The notes under the pieces: generated by a model
Told to the model about the DNA's origin: nothing
The model's database searches: none
The model's input: the letters and a program-made list of their open reading frames with translations, nothing else
From: Dimorphilus gyrociliatus
Lineage: Eukaryota; Animalia; Annelida
Assembly (NCBI GenBank): GCA_904063045.1
Contig: CAJFCJ010000078.1
Coordinates: forward strand, 1-53,167
Direction: 5' to 3'
DNA length: 53,167 nt
In this document: positions 33,140-45,280 of the stretch, piece by piece
Numbering within the stretch: position 1 is the stretch's first letter
How the letters are laid out: the number at the start of each line of letters is the position of its first letter
Program-made: the position numbers and the translations under genes

Positions 33140-35604
33140 TATGGGAAAACTCGTCCCCTTTTTGTGGGAAACCCGTCCCTTTTTTTTGGGAAAACTTTTC
33201 CCCTTCTTTGGGGAAAACTTATCCCTTAAATTGATAAATAATGAAATAAATAAAAATAACTGAAAAAATGACATATTGAATGAGAATTGGGTAGAAAAAA
33301 AAGTAGTTCCTCACTTCCTGTTGACAACTGTCTAAAGTGAATAACCATAATTTGATAATTTGGCTTAGTTATTAGAGGTCTGTTGAGAATATAAATTTTG
33401 TGAATATATTGTTAAGATTATAGCTTATTATAAGTAGATTAGTTTATGTCAAATATGTGTTTTATTGCATTTTTTCAGTCAAACATCAAATTGAAACATG
33501 GCTCCTGTTTGTTCAAGCTGTAAAAATCGATTTTATGGCAGACAAAAAAGAATAAAATGTGTTATATGCAATCAAATTCTTCATCAAAAGTGTCTTCAAA
33601 GTAAGTGTTACAATCTGTATAAACTGAGTATTATTATCTTCTTTTTTTCAAAGACCAGAGTCAGTTCATCTGCACTGTTTGTGAAACATTTCTAAAAAAC
33701 AAATCAAGATACCTAATGAACCAGAAAAGAGTGGATCAAGATGAAAATATTGTAGCTTTGGGTGAGAATGGTCCCTCTGAAAATCCAGAGCAGGGGCATA
33801 CTGATACTTACATGAATCATGATGATAACACAAAAGACTTATTAAAGATGAGTGGTGAAAATGAAAATCATGCAGCTATGAATGAGAATCACTTGTCTGA
33901 AAATCAAGAACAAATGCAAATAGATACTAACATGGATCATGAGAATTATAAGGAGATAAATGAAGGAGAGGAAGAAGAAGAAGCAACATATGTAGATAAA
34001 GAGTTTAAAGTTTTGCTTGGTGGAAGTCAGAGAGGAAAGGATATTTTATCATATGATGGATTAGCATTTAAGTTAAAGAAAAGAGGCAAGAATATGATAA
34101 TTTGGAGATGTAGTGTCAGAAATAAAAAAGTTCATTGTCCTGCAACAGTCAAACAAAAAGGAAATGCTTTTGTGCCAGGTCCTCAAAGTCATAATCATGA
34201 CAGAAGAAAAAGTTTAATAACAAACATAAAATGTAGGAAAGAAATGAAAAGTGTTTGTGATAATGATGTCATATCTTCAGGTAGAAAAATTGCTGAAGAT
34301 ATTTTATTGAAATGTTCACCTGAGGAAAACAATTTACCCAATTTGGAGAATTTGAGAAGATTAGCTAACATTACAAGGCAAAAGAACAGGCCTATTGAAT
34401 CAAATGATCCTTTTTTTGAAATAAATGTTGATTTTCTTCCTGATAATTTTCTTCAGAAGGATATCTCATTTGAAAATGAAAGAATTATTATATTTGCTTC
34501 ACAGCAACAATGCAACATATTAGCAGAAAGTAAAATTTGGTATCTTGATGGAACTTTTAAAGTTGTTAAACAACCATTTGTTCAACTTTTCTCAATCCAT
34601 TCATTTATTAAAAAAGATGATGAAGCCAAGCAGATTCCCTTAGCTTTCATCTTTATGACTTCAAAAAAGAAGAAAGCATATAAACTTGTATTAAAGGTGA
34701 GTCATCAAATATTTCATCTAACTTCATAACTTGAACATATTTTGCAGGAAATTCAAACAATAACAAACTATTGGAATCCTAAAAAGTTTGTTGCAGATTT
34801 TGAGTCAGGATTATGGACTGCATTATCATCTATATACCCAGATGTACCAATTCAAGGATGTGTGTTCCATTGGACACAGGCTGTTTTCAGAAAAATACAA
34901 GTCAGTTTCTAACATTAATGTAAATTGTTTAAAATTGTTTCTATTTTTAGAATTTGGGATATGCAACTGACTATAAAACTAGCAAAGATGCAAAAAATAT
35001 GATGAGAAAATTATTAGCCCTGCCTTTCCTTCCATCTCAAGTCATTCCACCTACTTTTTCCACCTTAAAAAGAGAAGCTCTGGAGAAAAATGTATATACA
35101 GATTTATATGAATATGTGGAAAAGACTTAGATTAAAAATTCAATTTGGACTCCAGATAGTTGGTCTGTATTTGGAATGAGCATTCATACTAACAATGATG
35201 TTGAGGGATGGCATAGAAGACTCAATGTAAAAGCTATGCCAAATACTTGTTTCTATTTATTAGTTGATTTTTTGAAACATGAAGCATCTCTAATTCCAGT
35301 CTTTCAAAAGCTTCTATCAGAAAAGAAGTTGAAAAAATATCAAAAAAAATTAAGCATCAAGAAACAGAATAATATTTTCAAGATATGGGATGAATATAAA
35401 CAACGAAAAATAACTTCATTGAATCTATTGGAGAAAACTGCCAATATTTATTCTCAATAGAATTATTTTCAATTCTCTCAATTTCTATCTATTTCCCTTT
35501 AAATACTTTACTTATTTCTCCATTTATTAAATATATTATAACATTCTTTTCGAATTCTCTTACTATATAAGGGGACAAGTTTCCCCAAAGAAGGGGACAA
35601 GTTT
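33140..35604 (+). mobile_element. Mutator-like element encoding a PHD-FLYWCH-MULE DDE transposase (4 exons, one nonsense codon)
   Basis: Exons 33498-33600, 33654-34696, 34748-34900 and 34951-35460 (introns of 53, 51 and 50 nt). Splicing completes a C4HC3 PHD finger. Also FLYWCH (YDGLAFKLKK...WRC..C...HNH), WYLDGTFK, ADFE, GCVFHW and TNNDVEGWH. TAG at 35128-35130 in place of the expected Trp. Inverted subterminal GGGAAAACTT.TCCCCTT repeats at 33143-33227 and 35570-35604. Confidence 0.9.
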
Positions 35605-35849
35605 TGTAGGAAATTTTTGTCTAGTTTTATGAATAGTTTTCAGATACTCTCTACCTCTCCTAGTTTACAAATTATTTGTATATTTTCATGAGTATGTATA
35701 ATTCTGTATGGAAATTTTTTGGAAAAGCCAAGCAAATTTTTCATACACCCCCTATATCTTATTTATTTATTAATTTTTTAATTAAACGTACATTTATAAA
35801 TATTAGTACTTTAGCTTCAAGCCATTTTGTTGAATGCAAGTTAATCCTC

Positions 35850-37082
35850 ACTTTAACAGGGACTTATGAAGGGCGATTAAATCCTTCTTCCGTCTTTTAT
35901 TCAAAATTTCCAATTTTTGTTGAATAGAGTGCCACAAATGGGACCTGTCGAAAACGGCCATAAATGAAATATTTGAAAGTTAGATTTCAGCCTGGGAAAT
36001 GGTTAGGAGGAATAAGATAACTGTTGATATGTTCTTAGCAGGGTCCCATCTAAGGGTTAGGGGTATTCAAAAAGGTTAGGCAAAAACAAGGGCTGGGTTA
36101 GGGTTAGGGTAAAACCATAGATTTATGGCCGTTTTCTACCACATCCGCCACAAATTATCCTTTTTAGTAAATTGGGGGCCGTCATATGCAAGATTCTTCA
36201 ACATGTGCCATGCATTCTCTATGGGGGAAAGATCTGGGGAGTAAGCTGGCCGAGGTAATACTTTGCACCTTTCAGTCTTAAAATATTTTAGGATAATTTT
36301 GGCTTTGTGGCAAGGAGCATTATCCTGTTGGAAGATGAAACTCTTCCCATATCTTTTTTTCAGGAATGGCATGACCTTTTTTTTCAAAAGAGGCAAGTAC
36401 CATTCCTTTGTGCACTTTTTTTCGATCCTGGAAATGTGCAAGAACCCATCTGGCCGCATACATCCCCAGATCATTACTCCTCCACCACCTATTGGATGCT
36501 TTGTTCTTAGATTTTCTATTTCTGGGTTGAACTGCCATGTTTGGAAATTGTTTGGCCCATCTAAGCTGAATCTACATTCATGAGATATAATTGTTTTGTC
36601 CAAGTCAAATTTATTTTCAAACCAGCCTCTACACATTTCTACTCATCTTAGTCTATTTTTCTTCTTTAGTGGGGGATTTAGAGGGATTTTTTTAAATTTC
36701 CCTCCCATTTCTTTTAGGGCTTTCTGTATGGTCGTCTTTGATACTATTAAGTTGCACTTGGATGCCAACTTTGTACTTGTAACCCATTGTTTTTTTCCTC
36801 CTTCATCTTTTTAATCTCCCTCTTCATGATGATTCTGTCTCTTTTTGAAAGGGAGCTTGGTCTCCCTACACCTCCACTTTTTTGGTATGATGGCTTCAGA
36901 ATGAATTTAACAGAAGATTTTGGAATTTTCAATAATTCTGAAATCTCTCCATAGGATAATCCCTCTTCATGTTTTCTCTTGATTAATGCCTTAATTACTT
37001 GACCATATGCCATATTCAAATTTTATTTTTGATACTGGCCTATTAATATTATTCATGTCTATCATACTGATTGAGTACACTG
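35850..37082 (-). mobile_element. Decayed Tc1/Tc3-like DD34E transposon, interrupted by a MITE
   Basis: HTH/GRP ORF at 36747-37019. Catalytic ORF 36136-36636 has SHECRFSLDGP (first Asp changed to His), QDNAP and SPDLSPIE with 34-residue spacing. Frameshift near 36800 and a TGA near 36643-36645. Putative end CACTG|TA at 37078-37084; the other TIR was not found. Confidence 0.8.
35940..36146 (+). mobile_element. Mutator-like TTAGGG MITE, second subfamily, nested in the Tc1 transposase
   Basis: TIR cores AAAACGGCCATAAAT / ATTTATGGCCGTTTT. Perfect 9-bp TSD GCCACAAAT at 35931-35939 and 36147-36155. GGGCTGGGTTAGGGTTAGGG at 36090-36109. Confidence 0.9.
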
Positions 37083-37996
37083 TAACCAAAAAGGCAATAT
37101 GGAAATTTATAGTTCAAAATATTTTAGTTATCATGCTAATTTTGAAATATTCAATTTTTCTATATAACATAATAGAAACCTAAGAATACTTGTTGCATAT
37201 ATCAAATGTAGCATTACATATTCTGACAACTATTGTTGACAATGTCATTTTCAAGGTTGTTGTTAAAACTTGAATCAATTTTTCCCAGGATTAACTATTT
37301 ACTTGCCAATTGCATCATGGCTTTTTTATGACTAATTTTTGAAAATGAAAGTATATGGAGAATTGGTTTATTTATGAATTATCTACAGGGACTAATAACA
37401 GTGTGAAGAGATGACACAATAACATAAATGATAAAGATTTGAACCCTAACTGGCTAATGCAATATTAGTTCAAACATCATTTATGCTTCATAGTACTCTT
37501 TCTTTGATAGTAAATACTTCGATATTTTTTATCTTGAATTCTTAAATGTTTTTCACTAACACATTCTTAGTATTATACCTGCTTTTCTTTGGTATTAATA
37601 AAAGAAATGGCTAGAATTTCATGAGTAAAGCTTTACCCCTAATGGGTATGATTTCACTCAGGTATGGTTTAACCCCACTATGGCTTCATCTGTTCCCCAC
37701 AAATATCATATTTCAGAATTAATAATATTCCAACTATTACTACAGTATGATAGAAATTTCAAAATTGTGCCAAAGGAATATGTATTAAGTAAATGTGTTC
37801 AATCTAACATTACTGTATAGATTCTACAGTTAGAAATCAGACATCTGAAAATCTTCAGAAATGCATTTCATGAAATAAAAGATGGATTAATAGTAATCTG
37901 AAAAGCTTATGTGGTTATAGATTGAGATTAGGCATTATTAAGACTTTTCAATTGCACCGATACATGAATTATGAAACTTTGGTTGTGTTCTGTCAT

Positions 37997-40900
37997 TCAA
38001 GCGAAAGATCCTTCATAATTGGAGTTACAATGATCAATGTATAAAAGACTGTTACGATTCCAGGCATAAAGTGCTGCTGCACCTTTACTCTCTCTAAGAA
38101 CACTATTAAAGTCCGATTCCCTTACTAAATGTTTAGCCTTTTCAATCTTAGCTGGGTTAATATTTGAAAGGTTGACTTCTCGAATTTTGTACAAAAGACC
38201 TTTTGCAGTATACAATTGAAGATGCTTTTGACAGTTTTCCCAATTATCTAACTCAGACTCATCAACTCCTAAAATTAGAAGCAGTGACTTTATTGCGGCA
38301 TCAACATCAGATGAAGGGTTCAACATTGTACTCAACTCTCCCAAACATCTGGGATCACAATTCAACACTTTTTCATTCAGAATTTCAGTTTTTGATTTTA
38401 TATCCAGACTTCTGCAAACATCATCCACTTCATTACTTCCCAGAATTTCATTCAAAACACTTATCCAATAGTTGGCAGATTGTTGATTTTCTTCAAGAGA
38501 AATAGCTTGAATACTCTCTGCTAGAGTATTACAATCTTTGTTATGAACTTTAAATATATTTTCAATCTGGAAAAATTGAAAATGATTATTCACTTAAAAT
38601 ACATTAGAGGAAATGTAAATGATATATTAATACTGCATTAATGAAAGATGGCAATGGAGGTTCTTCAGATTCATTCAATGATTTATCATTCTTCTTATAA
38701 ATCTAAAGTTGGAAAAAAAATGAACTTTTCTTGTCTATTTTGCTAAACACTTGAATTATTTGTCTCAAACAACAATTTTTAGTTTCTTACTTTAAATTTA
38801 CCAAACCAGTCATATGAGTTTGAACTTGAATTAAAATTTATATACAAATCCAACACTCCTGATTCTTCTCCAGTGTTACCCATAACATTCCATTTATCAT
38901 TAATACAATCAGCATGAAACCATTCTTTATCTGATGATCTAACAACAGCAACTTTTTTTGCATTTGGAATTTTTACTTGAAATTTAACATCTGTGTTGTA
39001 GTATAGTTTGTGAAATGGTTCCATCAATAAACAAGGGTTTTTAATATTGGGAAATTCAAAACTTTCATTGAATCCTTGGCTTACAACAAACACACAACTG
39101 TAGGCTAGACCATAACTGCTTGTTGAGTTGCTCTCTCTTACATAAATATCATAAGTGTAAATACCTGGCATTGGAAATTTGACCATAAACTTAACTTCAG
39201 TTCTGTTATTGATATGAAATTGATATCTATCCAGTTCAGTTTCAATTGCAGATGAACAGGTGTAAAATAAATGACACAAAAATTCACATTCTTTTAATTT
39301 ATAAAATCTAAAATCAATTGATTTGTAGACATGTTGTAAAGGCAAAAAACCTTCTTCTGTCTTTAATTGATGCATCTGAAATTTTTCATATTGTCCAATT
39401 GGGATATTCAATTGTTTAGCCGCAATTTGAATTTGCACTTTTGGATCATTTCTACAAACAATCATAAAGGAACATAAGCCTGAATAATCCCCTTCTTCAC
39501 ATCTCTTCTTAGCATATATGTTTAGAACATATTCTCCCTTTTTAGGTAAAAACACTCTTATACAGGCTCTGTTGTACTCAAAAGTTGTCAGGCAATGCTT
39601 TCTTAATTCTGTCTCCTCCATATCATTACTTAAAAGTTTAAAAGTTATAGAATATTCCTCAGTATTGGCATTAAATTCAATAATTGCATATCCATTTTCA
39701 TCACAGTTCACAATTCCAGTTTGTGGATTAAAATTGGAGAAATTTAGTTTTCTCGTAATATTGTTTTCTCCCATTTTATTATAAATAGCTTTTGGAAAAA
39801 ACAATTTTTGTTTTGGCATTTCTTCGCCTGGTAGGATCTGGTAATTAATTATGTAAGCACACAAGAATTTTGTTGCTGTCCATATAATAAATTGATATTT
39901 TGCAGGAAAAGGAAGCCTCAGCCAAATCACACATCTATCCCTTTTCCTTTCAACAAAAGCAATACAATATGTTTTGATTTGACCATCTTTAGTCACCACC
40001 ATTTCATTCTTATTATCACAAGCTGATCCATTCAACATATATAAATAAAAGTTTATGTCACAATAAAAATTCTTGCTAATACCAAATATGATTTCATTAT
40101 TGGCTTTGTTTGTTTCAATGGTTTGTCTAGGATGAGAAAGAATTGACAAGCCATTGTTAAAAAATGGCATCCGTATTATGGTTGCTTCAAGAAATTCTTG
40201 TTTTGTAAATGAACGAGCTAACAGCTGATTTTTAGGATTGTCAGGGAAAAATTGAAATATGAATTGTTCTGGATTAGAAAGAAAGTATTCCTCTTTAAAT
40301 ACATAAACTCGTTCATCCTTTGAATGTTTGACTTTGTCTTTATTAGATATTAAAGTCCACCCTTCCATATCACTTATTGTATGAAACCATGCCCAATGTG
40401 GATGGCATATGTACCATTTATTAGAAACTTTAACAATAGTCCATTTACAAATGCCTGTTTTATCATTTTCAAAGCTTTTATAAATGCCCCAAACTGTAGC
40501 ACAAGAAAGATTTGCTAGGCTAACAGAAGTATAATATTTTGAATAGTACATTTGATATAAAAGTATTATATTTAGCCCATTCTCACCTGCAAAGTTTTGT
40601 AAAAAGTGCAGTATTTCTGCCAGTTTCTAATATGTTTTGTATTTCATATCCAACTGTTCCAAAAGGTAAATTATTGGTGTCAATGTCTTTTAATTTTGGT
40701 GAAGTAATCCAGCGAAAAATTATTCGAAGTTTTTCCATTTCATCTTTGCAAACTGCTGTTAAATGATCTACTAGATGAGATAAAGAATTTTTCGTAATCA
40801 TTGGTGTTATTGCCTCTAAAGCAATTTTGTCTAACTCTTTAAAACAATAGTTTTTGAGAGCTTCTTCTTTTGTCAATGGAGAAGGGTATGGTTCATCTGT

Positions 40901-41302
40901 GTTTACCTATTATTGTATTTCACAAAAGTGTTATAGGTCTACAACATAAGACAGGTTTTTAACAAATAGAAAGTGAAAGTAAAAATAGAAATCTGAATTT
41001 TTTTAAGTAAAATAAAATATGATGTGACAGAAAACACCCATAAATGTAGTGTTTTCATAAGCTATGTCTTACACAATCATTGGGAAATGATTCATTTAAA
41101 TTGAACTTTGATACTTGACCCCATGGAAATGTTTCCAAAGTATAGAAAATATTATAAAAAATATAGGTCACCTGTTCTCCATAAGAATTAGCCCACTCTC
41201 TATTTGCTATTCTCAATTTGATGTCTGTTGGATAAGGAATTTCAGTATAATCCATTTCGTTTGAAATATGATCACTATTTCTGTTTGTAATTGGCTCTTT
41301 CT
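37997..41302 (-). CDS. KY/hillarin-like transglutaminase-fold protein (catalytic triad apparently lost) with Ig-like repeats and a C-terminal dynein-stalk MTBD-like domain; 5' end unresolved
   Basis: Exons at about 41302-41173, 40907-40588, 40520-38788, 38702-38634 and 38566-37997, joined through GT-AG introns. KY-like motifs KLRIIFRWIT, LFTKLC, EEYFLSNPEQFIFQFFPDNPKNQLL and LPKKGEYVLNIYAK. The last exon has GELSTMLNPSSDVDAAIKSLLLILG...W...VLRESKGAAALYAW. Confidence 0.8.
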
Positions 41303-42419
41303 CTTATGAAGACAGGAGACTGAATAAAAGATTGTGGAAGACACATTCTTACTTTCTTTTCTATTTTTAAAACATTTTTTTTCTCTTGTTTAATTGTTAT
41401 GCAGATTTAAGCTTTTTTAAGTTTTGAATTAGTATTGTAAGTAAAAGTAGTAGCAATTATTCAACCAAAGAGAAATACAACCTACCACAATGTATTAGAA
41501 ATATACAATGCAAAGGGGCTAAATGTTCAAGTTACTCAAAGTTGGAAATAAACACAGATATATCGAGATAAAGAGAAAAGAAAAAATCAGATACAAACAG
41601 CTAGAGACTCATGTCAGCTATAATTGTCTTTCATCTAATATAATCACTAAATCATCATCTAAACAGTTACACTTTTGATTTCTTCTTGAGATGAGTATGA
41701 ACTCATACCATATATGGTGTAGTGGATGGGTACTTCGCCTAAATTTGGCTGTGAGCCAAATTTCCTTTACGTTATTTTATAATTACCTTACGTTATATAT
41801 ATTTTAAACCTAACCATATTTCATTACCCCTTATCATTTTCGATACGTTATTACTTATTATTACTGCTGTATATTTACTAGTAAATATAGTAAATACGTT
41901 AAATCTTTAACGCGTTGTACTGCTCATTCACCGACTACATATGGTATCACCATTGTCATCTGGTTAAACTAGGATATCATTGTTTTTCTCTAATAAAAAA
42001 GTTTGCATGTAATTTTTCAATAAACAAATATAGATATGGCATCCTTGTTTAACAGCTTTTATGGGAAGGTCACTGTAGAGTTTCAATTGCATGCCATATC
42101 AAAGGCAGCAAAATACTGGATCATTTTCAAATTAAAAACTCTGAAAAAATTAAATTAAAATAAATAATTTGTTATTAAAATCTGATAGAGATGTAATAAC
42201 ATCCAATCAAATGACTTTATTCACTAAGGTATTAGTGTAATTATTGTTATTAAACCCTAACCTCACAAACTTCTCTGGCAATATGACATCTTAGAACCCA
42301 TTTTAATATATATAAATATCGATTATCTTTATTTCCATAGATGCAAAGGAACATTTTCAGTTGACCCCATATTTTTTTTTTCAAACTGTTTATCTTCATT
42401 TAAATACTTAATAGTTTTG

Positions 42420-42670
42420 ATAATAATTCTACAGAAGATGAATAACCTAATGTTGAATGGACAATTGGAGGTATTGTTATAAAATCTACCACTTTGCTAC
42501 AACAAGCTTCAATCATTGACAATATTACAAATAATCTACAATTAAATGATGCTAATGTAGCCATTCATGTTGGAAATTTGGACCACGGTGTTCATTGTAA
42601 AGTTCAATTTTGTAATGTTGACAATTATTATGATACCATTTCGTCTGAGGAATTTAAATCATATGTTAAA
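42420..42670 (+). pseudogene. Possible Ig-like domain exon relic
   Basis: PNVEWTIGG...LQLND...GVHCKVQF pattern (Trp and late Cys of an Ig fold). There is an upstream stop and no linked exons were found. Confidence 0.3.
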
Positions 42671-45280
42671 GTAAGAAACACTTAAGTTTAATATAAAACA
42701 TTGGACAAATATCATTTATATACTTACACTTGTAAATGAACTTATGATTCTATTTGCATGAGTACTAGCATACTATTAGATGGGCAATACCAATAATTTC
42801 AATTTGGAGCAGAACAAGAAGATACCAAGAAAAAAAAGAGCTCGCAACTGCAAACAAAATTGTGGGAAATTTAGGGTTGGTTATTTCAAAAAGAACCATT
42901 CAGAGGATTCTGAAAGAGAAAGGAGCAAGTTTTACAACTTTATCATTAGCTTAATCCAGTAAAGTGTTTCTACTAATAAATGCATAAGCCAAAAATAATA
43001 TCATTTAGCTATTGAAGAGCATTTTTTTTTGATTCTCAATTGACAAGCTGTTTTTCACAGATATTATACAAAGAAATTGCCTACAAGACCAAAATGCCTG
43101 CGTCACTATTGCCAATTGCTCCTTCATTACCAACAATTTTCGGCTTGGTGATCTGACTTTACTCAATACATATTCTTTGGTATTTTGTTACCTAATCTCT
43201 ACCTAAAGTACATTTGCATATAATAACAATAACAATTCGAAGGAGCTGTGATATGGATGAGTACCATAGAAAGAACAATATATATGTCTTAAAATATGCT
43301 TTGTAAATTTCAATATTACATTTAAAAGAGCAAGCATAACATAAGGTTGTGTAGAGTCTAAAACTTGGTTTCATATCAATTTATCTGGCACTACTTCAAT
43401 TTCATATGTCACATTCATCCATGCTATCTATGCGAATGGGTCCAACAGCAGGGGACTTTTTAGGCTTGTAAAAGAAAATGCCATTGAAATTTTGTTTATT
43501 TCTCCATTTTATTTATTAATCCATGAATGGAGAAAAGTTGATTAAAAGGGTCTTTCACACATTTAAATCTGCTGCCCATTAAAGAAAAATGTTTTAACCA
43601 GATTGAAGTGAATACTTTGAGGTTCAGCTGGTCTAAACTGCTTTCTTGTCCAAGTTTCCAGATATGTACAATTATCTATAGATGGAATAACTTCACTAGA
43701 ACTGCAATGTTTCACCAGAACATCTCCATCTAAATGTTTTCTGAACTAATGATATCTTTATTACAGGCATTTTTCAGTTCATTCCTAATCATTATTTTCT
43801 TTTCCAAATCCAGTACTCTTGTACTCTTGCATGAGATTGTGAAATCTTTCCAGGATAAAAGTTGTTACCCTTCCGGCTGGCTGTTGCTGAACATTTGTTT
43901 CTTTGTTCATAACACAGTAAATCCAGAATATTATCTTGTTTCTTTTTTCTTTATTATTGTAGTAGAAATTGTTGAAAAGTAGCAAATCTTTTCCTTTCCG
44001 AATCATTCCCTTTAAGATTTTAAATGAATAATTTTCTTTCTAACAATCTGATCTTGGAGAAATGATAAATGATACCTCCATCAAAATTATTTTGTTGAGC
44101 TAGAAGATCTTCAACTAAAACATTGTTTGATTCCACAATACTGCCATTAGTATCACTTTCTCTGGACTTTCCCCAATGATTTTCACAAACAATAGTATGC
44201 TCATTTGTAATATTGGCTGTACAGCAATCAATAATTTTTTATTATAGATACAAAAAAGTTCTATTTTGACAATTTTGGCAATTTATCTTTAACAGATTGA
44301 TACTGATAATATGCATATAATATGATACTTATGCAACTCTCCAACTTTTGAAATTTGAACCTGGTTATTTAGAAGACAGGAAACAATGAATACATGACCA
44401 TATTTAGAACATCTTATCTTAAAACATTCCTTTGCTTTTATAAACATTGAAATTTTTGAACTCTAGTACTTTTTCAAAGGATACCTTTCAAGTGCATTAA
44501 ACAAGAAAACATAAGAATTGAATATTTCACCATTTTTGTAAAATGTATATGCATTGTAGTAAAAAAAATTAGGTTCAAAGTTCAAGATCTATGTTTGGCC
44601 AATTCTTATTGCATTTTCTTGGTTAGGATTTAAGAAGTACAAGCATAAGTTGCAATAAAGTAATATGGTTAAAACATAAAATTTTTTACAATATTGAATC
44701 AGAAAACAACATTTTTTTCAAAAAATGATGTATCCAATACGTGCAATGGACTTGAATATTCTTCTAACTCTTTGAAATATTTAGATTTTAATAGAGAATA
44801 AATACCTGGGTATTATTGAAATTTTGAATGTGTCTTACCATTTCTTTACAGTATTCAAATTGGGTAAACCTAAATAGGGATTCACCTCCAATGGGAACGG
44901 TTTCACCTCTATTTGTTTTCATCCTTGTTGATGAAATTCTTATCATATCATTTTTTTAGGCATAACATTAATTCTACTAATGCCAAGAAGTTTCGAATTA
45001 GTATTGACCTATGGCAAAGTAGTCATTGGTTGAGCATAGTAAAAATATACCACCATATGGCCAATGTCAAAAAAAAGACACTTTATTTTTAGAGAGAAAT
45101 ACATTTATTGAGTTTAAATATTACAACACTGTTATTACATTCCAAATACATAAGAATAATATTTTGGGAAAATGCTTTTTCTTCATTTCAAAAACTTTTA
45201 GGGTTAATCCTAACCTAACCCTCCATTGAATTTATATGTTAAATCTTGATCCATTATATTCATATTTCCTCTTTATTAGT

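Noticed and set aside
36263-36814. Plus-strand ORFs overlapping the Tc1 relic, and ORFs 20904-21104 / 46953-47153 within the STATs
   Set aside because: Antisense shadows of the real minus-strand coding frames.
43100-43400. PARP-like catalytic motifs (FYGTH, IICKCTLGR, EYVL)
   Set aside because: The motifs fall in different frames with wrong spacing and no Y-F-A/S signature.
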